Shown here: piece by piece, positions 10,611 through 22,136 of the stretch
How positions within the stretch are numbered: the stretch's first letter is position 1
Layout of the letters: each line of letters opens with the position of its first letter
Assembly (NCBI GenBank): GCA_000002445.1
Contig: CP000066.1
Location: 256,001-320,000 of the forward strand
Source of the DNA: Trypanosoma brucei
Lineage: Eukaryota
Direction: 5' to 3'
Length of the DNA: 64,000 bases
Made by a program: the position numbers and the translations under genes
Notes under the pieces: generated by a model
What the model saw: the letters and a program-made list of their open reading frames with translations, nothing else
What the model was told of the DNA's origin: nothing
Database searches by the model: none

Positions 10611-10889
10611 GTGTACCAAAGGACGAGCAAGATGAGCTCACTATTGTCTGCAGCCGACGCGAAAGTTGCGGGGAAGGGTTATCCGCCAGCTGACAATTCC
10701 AAGACGTACACGGAAGTACCCCGGCACCAGGTGCCTGCTAAGGGACCTATCAGGTCTTTTTTGTCACTCGTTAGCACGGAGTTCGCCCTTAACACTATGG
10801 ACACCACAGAGCGAGTTTTTACTGTTTTGCTTTGTGTGGCGTTTATCTCTTTAGTTCTTTGGTTGCTCAACCTTGTCTTTATTTCCTAG
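10611..10889 (+). CDS. Possible small tail-anchored membrane protein (92 aa) in a 1.2-kb spacer; hypothetical
   Basis: Same strand as neighbours. The soluble N-part is followed by a single C-terminal hydrophobic helix (VFTVLLCVAFISLVLWLLNLVFIS). No homology recognised. Confidence 0.25.
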   Translation: MYQRTSKMSSLLSAADAKVAGKGYPPADNSKTYTEVPRHQVPAKGPIRSFLSLVSTEFALNTMDTTERVFTVLLCVAFISLVLWLLNLVFIS

Positions 10890-11366
10890 CCACGTGGACA
10901 TTGAAGGAATTTTGGTGGTTGCCGCTCGCCGGGGCGCTGCCTCTGGAGCGGACCCAAACCTGTTGAAGGTCAAGTGTGGCGTATGTGCGTAGCGAATTGT
11001 TCTTGTTATGCCTGTGCATCCCTGGCCGCGTTATCCACTTTTCTTCTGTTACCCATTGCAGTGTAAAAAGATTTGTGCTTTGCGCTCGGTGCGTATGTAT
11101 ATCCGCGATTCGTTGGTGTGGTGACTAGCGATGGGTTAATTTTTTACGCTCTTTCTTGTGAAAGGTTACTAGAAGTGCAGTGTGACCTCTATTCTCCCCC
11201 TTTAGTCATCCATTAGGTACATATTGCTTTTGAAAATTGAATCTGCATAGGCTACATTCCCCTCATGATTTCCCCCTTAGCATATCTCGGCTGGCTTTCC
11301 CCTCTGTTGATCTCTCTAAATCCTTTATAATGCTGTTGTTGCGACGCACGTATGTTGATTAGTTAG

Positions 11367-12005
11367 ATGACGTACTGCCCCATTACGCGAAAGGAGTTGG
11401 AGAGGTACCTTCCGAACTTCGATCCTCTCCTTGACCCGCAAATTGGGGAATGGGTGCTTGTAACCCCGGAGCGTCGCTTTGCTATCCTTGGTCCACTCTT
11501 GCAGTTTGTCCAAGAACATGCGATTAAACCAATCTATCCATTTCTTGACAATAGTGAACCATCATCTGCCCCCGTGACGACCTTTAATTTTTGCAAAGAA
11601 GACTCACCTAAAACACTGGGCGATCCATCTAAGGTGTTCCCCACGCTGAGTGAAGTGTGGCGGAGGTACCGCCGTCGTCGGTTCCACATTTCTGGCATGG
11701 ACGAGGATGGAATCGGAGAGGAGGAGGAAAATGATGACACGATACTGTACCTAAATCCACGGGCCCTGTTGCTCACACCGTGTGCTCCAGCCGTGTTTGG
11801 GGGCTCTGATTTTATTGAAGGATTGGATAGGGAAGGTGAGCGGGTGGTGTTCGTAAACTGGAAAACAGGGGAGACTCGCACCGATAGCGGGGTGTTGAAG
11901 CCGGCTCCGATTCCAGCATGGGCAGAAGATGTTGCGGAAAAGGCTGCCATGGAGTGGGAGTCATGGAAGAAATGTGTGATTCCTCCCTCATCAACCAGAG
12001 AGTGA
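11367..12005 (+). CDS. Hypothetical protein, 212 aa
   Basis: Long + strand ORF in register with the polycistronic array. No motif recognised. Confidence 0.5.
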   Translation: MTYCPITRKELERYLPNFDPLLDPQIGEWVLVTPERRFAILGPLLQFVQEHAIKPIYPFLDNSEPSSAPVTTFNFCKEDSPKTLGDPSKVFPTLSEVWRRYRRRRFHISGMDEDGIGEEEENDDTILYLNPRALLLTPCAPAVFGGSDFIEGLDREGERVVFVNWKTGETRTDSGVLKPAPIPAWAEDVAEKAAMEWESWKKCVIPPSSTRE

Positions 12006-12863
12006 CATGGTGGGACTTCCTCTTCGTGGGGAAATAACGGAGAATAGGGGAAGGAAGTTGGAGGTGGTACAAGTGCGCTGGTGCTACCGCGGGAAATGCG
12101 TCGGGCCCCACGTGACCGTCAGCCTTGTGAACCACACAGGCGGCGGCGAAGGTCAATGGATGTTTGGGGGTTTGAAAAAGGTGATCAAAGAAAAGGGTGC
12201 TTATTTACATTGAATGAGGTTCCGTATCGTAGTTGGTCGTGTGGAAGGCGGACGCAAATTTTCTTCCACACCCCACTTGCTTTTTTGCACGGGGATTTAA
12301 GTGCACATGGAGCGGACTGGCACTGTGTTTGATTTTCCGGAGTTATTCTGTAACCGGTGCCACTATTTGGAATATCGTAACACGGTAGGTGACATTCTTT
12401 TCATTGGCTTTCTTGTATAGTGTTCGGGCCAATAACTTTCTTTGCAGGAAATGTGAACCAAACATTGGCTTCCATTGGTGGCCCTTGTGATGGGAGTCTT
12501 TGGGAATGGTAATCTTACGCGAGCGTCCAGCCACTTGTTGTCCGCTAATATGGCACTAATATCGACTAACCGGATCCGAAGCAGCGGTGGGGCTTACTCC
12601 ATGTGTTCCTGGTGCAGTTTCTGTTGCGTAACGTTGCACTATTTTTTGAAGGGGGTCAAGTTGAGGGATGGCGGCAAAGGGATGTGATGAACCAAGAACA
12701 TTTGCTGCTTGCATTGTGTTGTTCCTAATCCGGCGTTGTAATTTCACGTTTATATTTTTTGCGGCGATGGAACTTTTTTTCTTGATGTCAGGCGTCATGA
12801 AAGACTGCTCTGTCGTCCATAGTCTGGTCTGGGAAGCAACTAAGCTGTTCCTGAGGAGCTTTC

Positions 12864-14153
12864 GTGTTCACTATTCGGGACAGCTGCACAACATTAGTTC
12901 TTGATCTTGTACATGCAACTTTCTTTTTATTTACAAAAAGCAGACGAAGCCAGAGGGACATGAGACGCGCTTGTGTACATTTTGCCCGAGCCATCAAGGC
13001 AACACAAAACCTTACTCATTTGGAGGTCTTCACACAGCTTCAACTAGGTATCCACCCGCCGTTGAGTACTCAGCGTCAATTCCTTCAACAACACTTTGAT
13101 GTGGAGATGGAGCGTCGAGGTATAACAGAGACAAAACTCTTAGCTATGGATGGGCACCTCTGTACTCAGCTACTCCGTCAGTTGTTGTTTGAGCGGTATC
13201 TATCAGTTCCGTTTCGTCTTTTCACCTTTGATTTGGAGTTTACGGGGCCGCCTGTGTTTGGACCTGATGGCCCTACCGAGGATATCATGGAGTTTGGGTT
13301 TTATTCTCCGGCTCATGACAAAGTGTTTTCGTGTCTCGTTCGGCCGAGCAATGGTCGCTGTGTTTCTCCCGAGGTAACAACTCTAACGCACATAACTCAG
13401 AAGATGCTAGAGGAAGACGGTCTTCCCTTTCGAGATGCTTGGGCAAAGGTGCTTGATTTTCTTAATACACCGGAACCCCAGGAGCTCCCCGGTGCTGAGA
13501 AGCGGCTGCTTGTGCTCAGTCACGGAGGAAAATTGGCTGACGTTTCCTTGATCAAGTGGACTCTGGAAGCGTCGGGTATGGAGCTCCCTTCAAACATTAT
13601 TTTTGGTGACACGTTTCATTTGATTCGCGACGCCCATCGTCGTCGGCCGGTGACATTGGATAAGCACCCACCCACTTGGGGCCTCAGTGACCTTGTGCAG
13701 TGGTTGCGGATACCCCCAACGCTTCCTGCCCACCGCGCAGGTAACGATGCGAAGATGACATGGGACGCCTTGTATCACACGCTGGAGCGCTATGGTGACG
13801 AGGATTTGACACCGCGTGAACAACTTGTCTCACGGTTCTTTGATGTGGAAGCCAAACAAGTGATGAGTCAAGCCGGAATACGCAGTCATGCGCAGCCTGA
13901 TGGGACGTTGGAAAATGATACCAGTTACATGGAAGCTTCTGTTAGCGACTCCCTCGACCTTGACTTTGATGAGATATTTACCCCTGACGGAAAGCAGCGA
14001 CCTGAAGTGTCAGAAGACCGTACGGACGATGTTCCTGACGGTTCGAAAGGGGAGAGTCACAGTGGTGCATCCCGCGGAAAGGTGCGAAGTGGAAAACGTA
14101 ACGGTAGGAGCAGTTCCAGCGGCGGGGATCGTGGAGAGGAGTTCATCATTTAG
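12864..14153 (+). CDS. DEDDh-type 3'-5' exonuclease domain protein (DnaQ/RNase T/ERI-1-like)
   Basis: Exo I motif FDLEFTG, central hGG/D block (LLVLSHGGKLADVSL), Exo III motif HRAGNDAKMT (H-x-A-x-x-D-A). Basic/acidic low-complexity C-tail. Confidence 0.75.
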   Translation: MFTIRDSCTTLVLDLVHATFFLFTKSRRSQRDMRRACVHFARAIKATQNLTHLEVFTQLQLGIHPPLSTQRQFLQQHFDVEMERRGITETKLLAMDGHLCTQLLRQLLFERYLSVPFRLFTFDLEFTGPPVFGPDGPTEDIMEFGFYSPAHDKVFSCLVRPSNGRCVSPEVTTLTHITQKMLEEDGLPFRDAWAKVLDFLNTPEPQELPGAEKRLLVLSHGGKLADVSLIKWTLEASGMELPSNIIFGDTFHLIRDAHRRRPVTLDKHPPTWGLSDLVQWLRIPPTLPAHRAGNDAKMTWDALYHTLERYGDEDLTPREQLVSRFFDVEAKQVMSQAGIRSHAQPDGTLENDTSYMEASVSDSLDLDFDEIFTPDGKQRPEVSEDRTDDVPDGSKGESHSGASRGKVRSGKRNGRSSSSGGDRGEEFII

Positions 14154-14402
14154 TCTTTTTTTCTGACTTATCCTTTCAATGGTTTAAAGTAGATCGTGCT
14201 CTGACTCTTATTTTTGCCACCGAGCCGTTTCGGTGTGCCCGAAGGGAGAGTCCTTTAACTTTTGCTCCAGGTTATCCACGCTGTGGAATTTCTCATGGAT
14301 TTACATCATCAGCATTCAACGAAGGAGCACGTGACCATTGCTGCCGAGGCGTAACAATATGTCAGGAAAGAAGAGTATTGTACAATCATTCATGAAAATA
14401 AT

Positions 14403-14405
<3 letters not shown>

Positions 14406-14437
<32 letters not shown>
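14406..14437. repeat. (AT)16 microsatellite in the exonuclease–IFT38 spacer
   Basis: Seen directly. Confidence 0.95.
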
Positions 14438-14440
<3 letters not shown>

Positions 14441-14797
14441 GACATTAGTCGGTGCGAAAAACAACGACACACACATATTCGCATAAGACAGTACAATTCA
14501 CTCCCAAGGTCTGGCTTTTTGTGCTCTTTTTTTCACCAATGTCACCGAACCTTCTGTGCACCGTTTTTTTTTCTGTGATGCAATTAATTTTGTACTTAGA
14601 TAGTAGGGAGTTGCAAAATACAATTCTTGCTGTCAACTCGTTTTGTGGTTTCGTTCCAGACGTACGTATTACAATCCGTTGCTCATATTGGCGTGAGTCA
14701 GGCATAACGCCCCCCCCCCAAAAAAAAAAGAAGACGATATATTTGTTAGCTTTGCGTATAAGGTTAGCATCGGCTCCACCACGTCGAAACAGTCGAA

Positions 14798-16231
14798 ATG
14801 TCTTTTAGAGAGCTTCGTTCCTTTGCAGAGACGATGCGGTTGTTGGGCTACCCCAACCTAATCAGTATGGAGTCATTCCGAAATCCCAATGTGGAGTTGG
14901 TGGCGGATTGTCTCTTTTGGCTCATTAAACGCTACGAGCCATCCGCGGAAATTGTGTACGAAATAGAACGTGAAGCCGATCGAGTGTTTTTCTTCAAACA
15001 AGTATGCGAGGTGGCTTTGGCCAAGGGGAGGGTGAAGTTGAACATAAAGAAATTATACCAATCTGACGGGAACGCTGTGCAGGAAATGCTTATCTTAGCG
15101 AATGTACTGAAGAAGGCTATGAATACGACCGGGCTGGAGGAAATTGATCATGCTACGTTGCAGCAGGTGATTGCGCAGAGGAATGTGCAGGATGCCAAAC
15201 GTGTGCAGCAACTTTGCAGTGATTTGACGAACGATGGAAGTTCGCTCTTTTTTCTCATCGAAGAGGAAACAGGTCAGAGGGGGGAACGACAACGCGTTCT
15301 ATCGCGAGCTACAGAGGTAGGTGAATTTGAGCGCCGGCTCCGTGAAGTACTGAAGGATGTGACCACACAAGTGGAGCAACTGCAGGCATCTATTGCGAAC
15401 CTCAGTGCAGACGAGACAACGCTCGAGCAGAAGATTGAGAGCAAAAAAACCCAGTTGGAGCGAACGCAGAAGCGCCTAAAGTCCCTGAACGCTGTTCGCC
15501 CCGCTTTCATGGAAGAGTATGAAAAACATGAGGGCGATATGCACTCGCAGTTTGTCATATACCTTGAGCAGTACCGTAACTTGGAGTACCTCGAACACGA
15601 ACTCGCGAAATTCAATGCTGCGGAGGATGCCTTACTGGAGGAACATGAAACAAAGCTGCGGGTGATGCGTGAACGGCTGCGCAGGGAGGAATTAAACGCC
15701 CTTCGAGGGGAAGCGGGCCGCAAACGTGGTAGTCGCTCTGAAAACGACGGGGCGCCAAAGATTGGTGGACAAGGTAATGGTCCTGAAGGTAATGGAAGTT
15801 CTGCTGGCCCCCGCGTTCCTAAAGCGAGTGGAAACATGCGCGATGCTGCTTTAGAAGGCAGCAGTGGAAGTGACTCGAGCGGTGATTCGCAAGAAGAGGA
15901 ACATATACGCCCACAAGGAGCTTTGGGCCGACCGCGTCCCACAGCAGGACCTTCCACCAACCCACCACCGCGTGCCGGCCCAGATGGCTACGATGACTCC
16001 AATGCGGGTGGGAGGTCGGTGCGGCCGGGATTATCAGTTCGAGGAAGTTCTCCACCAGACCGCAATATGCGTGGACCGCCACCTGGTGGTGCTGGTGGAG
16101 GCGGTATGAGTGATGTTGACAGTGACTCTTCTGATGATGACGATGATGATGATGACGACTCTGACATCGATACTTCAGAGATTAGCATCGGTAGTGACGA
16201 TTCAGGTTCGGAAAGCAGCAGCGACCTCTAG
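14798..16231 (+). CDS. CLUAP1: Intraflagellar transport protein IFT38 / CLUAP1 (qilin) homologue
   Basis: The N-terminus MSFRELRSFAETMRLLGYPNLISMESFRNPNVELVADCLFWLIKRYEP…DRVFFFKQV…LNIKKLYQSDGNAV closely matches the conserved CLUAP1/IFT38 N-terminal calponin-homology (CH)-like domain. Coiled-coil middle, then an aspartate-rich acidic tail. Confidence 0.8.
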   Translation: MSFRELRSFAETMRLLGYPNLISMESFRNPNVELVADCLFWLIKRYEPSAEIVYEIEREADRVFFFKQVCEVALAKGRVKLNIKKLYQSDGNAVQEMLILANVLKKAMNTTGLEEIDHATLQQVIAQRNVQDAKRVQQLCSDLTNDGSSLFFLIEEETGQRGERQRVLSRATEVGEFERRLREVLKDVTTQVEQLQASIANLSADETTLEQKIESKKTQLERTQKRLKSLNAVRPAFMEEYEKHEGDMHSQFVIYLEQYRNLEYLEHELAKFNAAEDALLEEHETKLRVMRERLRREELNALRGEAGRKRGSRSENDGAPKIGGQGNGPEGNGSSAGPRVPKASGNMRDAALEGSSGSDSSGDSQEEEHIRPQGALGRPRPTAGPSTNPPPRAGPDGYDDSNAGGRSVRPGLSVRGSSPPDRNMRGPPPGGAGGGGMSDVDSDSSDDDDDDDDDSDIDTSEISIGSDDSGSESSSDL

Positions 16232-16912
16232 TCAACCTACTTCTCACCACTGCTTAATTTTTTTTTCTTTGATTCCACCGTGCTGCCGTCTTTTCCACGT
16301 GGTTGTGCAATGGTGTGACTGAATGTAATAGAGATGCAGCAATGTCGGTTCATTGTGCGAGTGCCTCGCGCTTGAGGGGTAGCACTGGTATATTTGAGAC
16401 GTGATGTATGAGGGTTCCATGCACTGTGTCGCTTCATGCTGTCACTGTATGCGCACAGGAACCCTCCGCGTTATCTCTCCCTTTATATATATATATATAT
16501 TAAATCCAAGAGGGGGAAAAAATGACGCCACCATTTCTCCGTATGATCATACATGTCTGCGTTCTTCGTGTGTTTTCTTGTTGTTGTTATCTAATCCCTT
16601 TGCTTGAAGGCGACGGCGGTTGCCACTCCAACACTGTGAACTTGTTCGAAAGGGATGACGAGCTCATGAGAGATGTTGAAAACAGTCAGTTGGCTTTTCA
16701 ATGTTTTTTTTTTGTCCCCCTGTTGCTCCAACTCCGTGGTAGAAAACGTGGGAGTAAAGTAATTTAGTGAGGCAACAGTACAGTTGGAGAGGGGCCCCTT
16801 CCGAATGTACGCATTGTGTTTACCTGCAGAAGGAACGCTACTGACTTTGCACAGGAGGTTTTGAGAGAGAAAAAAAGGCGCAAGAAGGTGGAGAAACAAA
16901 GATTTCAAATGA

Positions 16913-17108
16913 ACCACAAGCAAAAAAAAAAAATAATAATATATATATATAGAGAGAGAGAGAATGGAAGGAAAGGTGAAGTTGAAGAAAAAAAGGTAGG
17001 GAGAGAAAACAAAAAAGAACAGGCGAAAGATGCAGGAAAAAAAAAATGAGAATGTGAAAGAGAGAAGTTGAGGGTAGTGTGAAGGGGTTATTGAGGGTGA
17101 AGAAGCTG
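16913..17108 (+). repeat. About 200-nt sense-strand polypurine (GA/A-rich) tract in the IFT38–Ran spacer. A second one lies at about 18380-18475 downstream of Ran.
   Basis: Seen directly: almost exclusively A/G on the + strand (…agagagagagagaatggaaggaaaggtgaagttgaagaaaaaaaggtagggagagaaaac…). Confidence 0.8.
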
Positions 17109-17211
17109 TTCAAATGCTGCTTTACCTCCTTTTTTCTAAAAAAATTCTCCATTCACTTGTTCGTGCATATGCTTGTGAGTAAGGAGCGTACACGCTGCAT
17201 AGGTATATTAC

Positions 17212-17320
17212 GCTTTCCTTTATTCTTTTAATCTCTTGTGTCGTTTTAAAGTTATGCTTGTGAATACCGTTTACTTCTTCTATTTCCGTTACTGCTGATG
17301 TTATTCTTGGTGTTCTGGTG
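17212..17320 (+). promoter_or_regulatory. Polypyrimidine-rich region upstream of Ran (candidate trans-splice/polyadenylation control region)
   Basis: C/T-rich stretch between the upstream polypurine tract and the Ran ATG. Confidence 0.35.
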
Positions 17321-17589
17321 TGTACGGGGTGTAGTGTGCAATATCCTAAGCGAAGGGTAAGATTTATTTGGGGAATCCCTTGAACTACTGCAGTGTTCCA
17401 CTTCAGAGCAATAAAAGGAGTTATCTTCCTACACGAAAGGGAAAACAACAATTAGAAGGCCGATCTAAAAAAACAAACAAAGAAAGAACCAACAATAACA
17501 ACACGGGAATAGACATAGTGCAAGTATATCAGGAAATATACAAGGGAGAGTCGTAAAAAAAAAAAAAAAGTAAATAAACATAAATAAAA

Positions 17590-18243
17590 ATGCAGGCTTC
17601 CTCGACGGCTGACTGCGTTGCCACATTCAAGCTTGTTCTTGTTGGTGATGGTGGTACGGGTAAGACAACTTTTGTGAAACGTCACTTAACGGGTGAGTTC
17701 GAGAAGCGGTACGTCGCGACGGTCGGTGTTGATGTCCATCCGCTCACTTTCCACACCAATCGGGGGAAGATTTGCTTCAACTGCTGGGACACTGCTGGTC
17801 AGGAGAAGTTTGGTGGTCTGCGTGACGGCTACTATATTGAGGGCCAATGTGCCATCATTATGTTTGATGTCACAAGCCGCAATACGTATAAGAATGTACC
17901 CAACTGGCACCGTGACATCACGCGCGTGTGCGACAACATTCCAATTGTCCTGGTAGGTAACAAAGTAGACTGTGCAGAGCGCCAGGTGAAAGCGAAGATG
18001 ATTACGTTCCACCGCAAGAAGGGACTTCAATACTACGATATCTCGGCCAAATCTAACTACAACTTCGAAAAGCCGTTCCTGTGGCTCGCAAAGAAGCTTG
18101 CGAATGATCCCAACCTCACTCTTGTGGAGGCACCGATGCTCGACCCCAACGTGCAGCCGCTCACTGCTGAACAGTTGCAGGCACTTCAGGAGGAGGCCCG
18201 CGCAGTGGAAAATGTTGTACTGCCGATGGGCGAGGACGACTAG
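17590..18243 (+). CDS. RAN: Ran GTPase (GTP-binding nuclear protein Ran)
   Basis: [20 protein letters not shown] (P-loop), [24 protein letters not shown] and SAK motifs with the Ran-specific effector region. 217 aa with acidic C-terminus (…PMGEDD). Confidence 0.95.
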   Translation: MQASSTADCVATFKLVLVGDGGTGKTTFVKRHLTGEFEKRYVATVGVDVHPLTFHTNRGKICFNCWDTAGQEKFGGLRDGYYIEGQCAIIMFDVTSRNTYKNVPNWHRDITRVCDNIPIVLVGNKVDCAERQVKAKMITFHRKKGLQYYDISAKSNYNFEKPFLWLAKKLANDPNLTLVEAPMLDPNVQPLTAEQLQALQEEARAVENVVLPMGEDD

Positions 18244-19809
18244 AGACGGCACACCTCTCATCATTGAATTGAGTTAACTCGCGTGGAATAAATTTGTGTA
18301 AGTCGATGTATGGAAGGAACGTGTTGGTGTAATGCAAGGTTGATGGATGAAGGAAACGGAAAGCGATATGAAGTAAGCGCGCCATCAAAAAAAAAAAAAA
18401 AAGAAGAGGAGAAAAGAAAAGAAAAAAAGAGAAGAGAAAAAGGGAAGGAGGGAGGGAACAGAAAGTAATTATAAATGAAAAGAATGGTAATAAGGAGAAG
18501 GTCAATTAACTGTAATGCAGAGAGGAAATGAAGATGCTCGGAAAAGGCACAATTTATCAAAAAAGAAAAAAGAAAAAAGAGCAGATGATAAAGATGGGCA
18601 GGCGGGATTTATTAGAGACCAAATGGATCGGGAGGAACAGCACTGAGAGATATACAAAGGGGGGACAAATCAACCTTCATATGAATATGTGCGTGCGTCT
18701 GTGTGTATTTCCTTACTTTTATTATTCGAGACATGGAAACGTAAGCGATAGACTCGACCAGGTTTCCAACCCAAGCCAATGCATATGGGCAGTTATATCC
18801 CTTTCCGGAGTTTGCGTGTTTAATCATTTGTATACGCGTAGCAGAAGGTTAGAAGAAGGATTGCACATGTGGGATAGATAAGATGGCGGAGATGGGCGCC
18901 TCCCATCAGAAGGAGATATGTTACATGGGAGGGGAATGAAGGGTAGTAGGAATGCGGTTCATTTTTTTTTCTGTTTTGTGTGGAGGTACTTGAAGTGTAC
19001 GCCGTTACATATCTTGGGCGGGAACACCGTATCAAACCCCGCAGCATGTTGAATTATCACTACGGAACGAACCTTGTACCTTCAGTGCGATACTTCTCAT
19101 GAAAACTAGAGTTGAATGGGAGCCACTTCAGCCACGTTGCCCCACTGAAAATCCGTCACATCACGCGACAGGAAAATGCATGCGAGCGCCGCACCTTCTC
19201 CCTTTGTTTCTCTCAACGTTTTGCCCCTATACTCGTCGTTTGCAACGTCATTTCATTTCGTTTCATTTGTCTTTTTTTTTTCTTTTGTTCCCGTTCTGTT
19301 TGTGTTGTGGTGTTCTCCACTTCCCTCTGCTTCCATTCTGACTGCCCCGTCGCTGCTACAAGAGGCGCGTTATTGTTGCACGCAGGTGCATATTTTATGT
19401 GCCCGAGGAGCAGCGGTAAATGAAGAGGAAGAAGCGCAGCAAGCGTATCACTCAATAATTAGACGACGCTATTGGAGTGGGGGTAAGGGACTATAACGCA
19501 TTTCAAGTCCACACAGTAATGTCGTACACATTTTTGTATTACGATCATCGAGAAAAAAAAGTGATGAAGGAACACTGTGGGCTTTGAATATAGATGCTAA
19601 TGACGACCTCCTTCGTGTATTAGTGGGTTCGTCACGCACTAGGGGTTCTTCGTTATGTTTCTGCTTGACATTCGAGCACTAACCATCGTAAGATTGTAGA
19701 CACACGCTCATCACATCTTACTCTTACTTCATCTTTTATGAGTTACAGTGTTCATTTGTTGTAGGCTCGCAACCAAGAGCAGACATCACCATATTAAAGA
19801 GAATTTGCA

Positions 19810-21510
19810 ATGTCTGAGGCTCTGATTGACGAGGAAAATTTCGTTCCACCGACGGCGCGGGTTGGGTTGTCCATAGTACGGACACATCGCCGTTTCCTTT
19901 TGCGCCACCGCCACTTTGTTCATCAGTACGCTGCCATGTACAGAGCACGGCTGGAAGCACTGGAGAGGCGTGTTCTCAAGGCGGTAAGTGCCAAAGTCGC
20001 TGCTGGAAATGTTGTTGGCACTTTTCCTCAAAGGTCTCGCGTGCTGGAACTTGGCATAGGGGAGCGGGCGCTTTGTGTAGGGGTAGCGTACAAGGAGGCG
20101 CGTCTGCTTCCACGCTTCTTGGACGAATACCAGAAAGAGTTGGTGCGCATTGATGCTGGTGAGGAGGAAGACTCGTATGGGGGTTCTGAAGCTGTCTCGT
20201 GTTCTGTCCCTCTGCGTGCAAATAGTCGGGGAGTAAACCCTACACCTGGAAATTGTTGTGAAGGTGATGCACGTAATCAGTCTCACTTATTTAACATATG
20301 TGGTGAGGATGATGAGGTATTCATGGAGGACGACAGCGGTCGCGTGCGTTTGGAGGGTATCCCCGCCGCGGTTGTTTGCACGGGATTAGTACTGGGCGTG
20401 GATGGCACGTTGCTTGAGAACGGGTGTCTTTCTGTGAATTGTTACGCTATAGGAGATTTGCGGGAAGTGTATGTTCCTCGTACATTGCCGACCGTGTCGT
20501 CTCCTACGCCCTGCTACGTTGGCTTTGTTTGTGGTCTTGAACTGTGCTCTGCGCAGACACAAACCGATGCAGCAACGAACGGTCGAACAATGATCGAACT
20601 TCTTGTGGATTACCTTAGCGGCACCTTGGGAAGCACTGGGAAGGTTGTGCAGCCGTCGTACATATCCCGCTTGGTGATTGGCGGAAACAGCATAGCCCCC
20701 ACCGAAGAACTTCGGTTAAAGAGGAAAGTGAAGCTTGACCCTTCGGATCATGTGAAACTCAGCGATGACAAGCAAAACAACGGCACGGTGACCTCTGCTT
20801 CGCTTATGCGAGAGTTAGACGCGATACTTGCTCGCCTAGCGGACTCCATTGAGGTTGAGTTGATGCCAGGCGATAACGACATGACAAACGCCTTCCATCC
20901 ACAACAACCTATACACCCACTGTTGCTGCCAGAGGCGGCGCGCCGTTCCTCCATAGGTTTTGTGACGAATCCATATGAATTTGTTGCGTTCCCCAGCGAT
21001 GATGAGGAAAATCATGTAGAAAGGAGCGGCGCCGATGCGACAGAGGGTGGGACGATATTTTTTGTCTCTTCCGGCAGTAATTTGAATTGTGTCAACCGTG
21101 AGACACGATTTGACTCCCGTCTTGATGCTATGTCTTTGATTCTTCAGAGTGGATGCGCCTGCCCCACAGCACCGAACACTGTATTTAGCTACCCCTTCAC
21201 AGATACCGATCCCTTCGTTTTCCCCAAGGCTCCCCACTGTTTCGTGTGTTGTGATCAGCCGGAGTGGGAAACGCGTTGGGAGCCGCTTGCCACGTTCGAC
21301 CCAACGCGTGATACCAACGGTTGCGGTATCCTCCTGAACGAAGAGATGGAAGGTCAGTCCCAGGAAATTGAGAGCGATGGGGCTGGTGTGCGACTCGTTT
21401 GTGTACCGACTTTCGCTCAGACAGGTAAGCTAGTACTCGTGGATGTTAATTCTCCAACACTAGAAACTACTTATGTTGACTTTGCGTCAGGGCTGCGCAA
21501 CCCACGTTAA
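19810..21510 (+). CDS. POLD2: DNA polymerase delta small (B) subunit, POLD2/Pol31 family
   Basis: N-terminal QYAAMYRARL block (cf. QYAHIYATRL). Phosphoesterase-domain blocks MPGDNDMTNAFHPQQPIHPLLLP, VTNPYEF, APNTVFSYPFTDTDPFVFPKAPHCFVC and C-terminal LVCVPTFAQTGKLVLVDVNSPTLE, all collinear with POLD2. Confidence 0.85.
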   Translation: MSEALIDEENFVPPTARVGLSIVRTHRRFLLRHRHFVHQYAAMYRARLEALERRVLKAVSAKVAAGNVVGTFPQRSRVLELGIGERALCVGVAYKEARLLPRFLDEYQKELVRIDAGEEEDSYGGSEAVSCSVPLRANSRGVNPTPGNCCEGDARNQSHLFNICGEDDEVFMEDDSGRVRLEGIPAAVVCTGLVLGVDGTLLENGCLSVNCYAIGDLREVYVPRTLPTVSSPTPCYVGFVCGLELCSAQTQTDAATNGRTMIELLVDYLSGTLGSTGKVVQPSYISRLVIGGNSIAPTEELRLKRKVKLDPSDHVKLSDDKQNNGTVTSASLMRELDAILARLADSIEVELMPGDNDMTNAFHPQQPIHPLLLPEAARRSSIGFVTNPYEFVAFPSDDEENHVERSGADATEGGTIFFVSSGSNLNCVNRETRFDSRLDAMSLILQSGCACPTAPNTVFSYPFTDTDPFVFPKAPHCFVCCDQPEWETRWEPLATFDPTRDTNGCGILLNEEMEGQSQEIESDGAGVRLVCVPTFAQTGKLVLVDVNSPTLETTYVDFASGLRNPR

Positions 21511-22136
21511 TATGCACCTACCAGTAGCATCACGTGAAAAGGCGTGTTGTTGTGTTTGTCCGTGTGAATAAGCCGATGCAGTAAGTGTGGTGGAGGCGGC
21601 ATCTCATACAGCTCTGTCATATAACACGCAACCACACCCACATTTACTCAGAGGTAACTGCGTCTAATGGAGGGGGCGTAAAGAGGAATTAAGCAACGCT
21701 ACCGGAAGAAATGGCCATGCAAGTTCTTTTGGTCTGTGCGCTCCTCTACTTAGCTTTCTTCTTAATATTTCGTCCCTTTTTTTTTTTCTCTTCCGTTCAT
21801 TCTTCTGCTTTTGTGACCGTGTGTGACGCTGCAGATGAGCGTCTGGTCTGCGGGGGAGACCGTAGCACAGCATTGTGTGATTTGGCCGTTTTTATAAACT
21901 GGTAATTCAGGGAGTTATGCTCCTGGGTTGCGGCTCGGTGCGGGTTTCCACTTCTTTTCTACCTCATTTGTTTCACAAACTCCTATTCATTTTTCTTTCT
22001 GGAAATCGTTTTTTTTTTTTAAAAACAAAACCAATTCACTAAAAATGGACATGATTTACGTACATGAAGCAGAGGGGACACAACATAGGCTACTGTAAGG
22101 TGAAGCAATTTTCCTGGGTGTGCGTGTGTGGCAGCT

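Noticed and set aside
17686-18264. 192-aa antisense ORF fully overlapping Ran, and similar long minus-strand ORFs overlapping other genes (e.g. 15274..15960, 33132..33764, 22090..22713, 57475..57834)
   Set aside because: They lie opposite well-supported conserved genes in a strictly unidirectional unit. They have low-complexity Ser/Arg/Pro-rich translations with no motifs. They are explained by third-position GC bias of the sense genes suppressing stops on the antisense strand.
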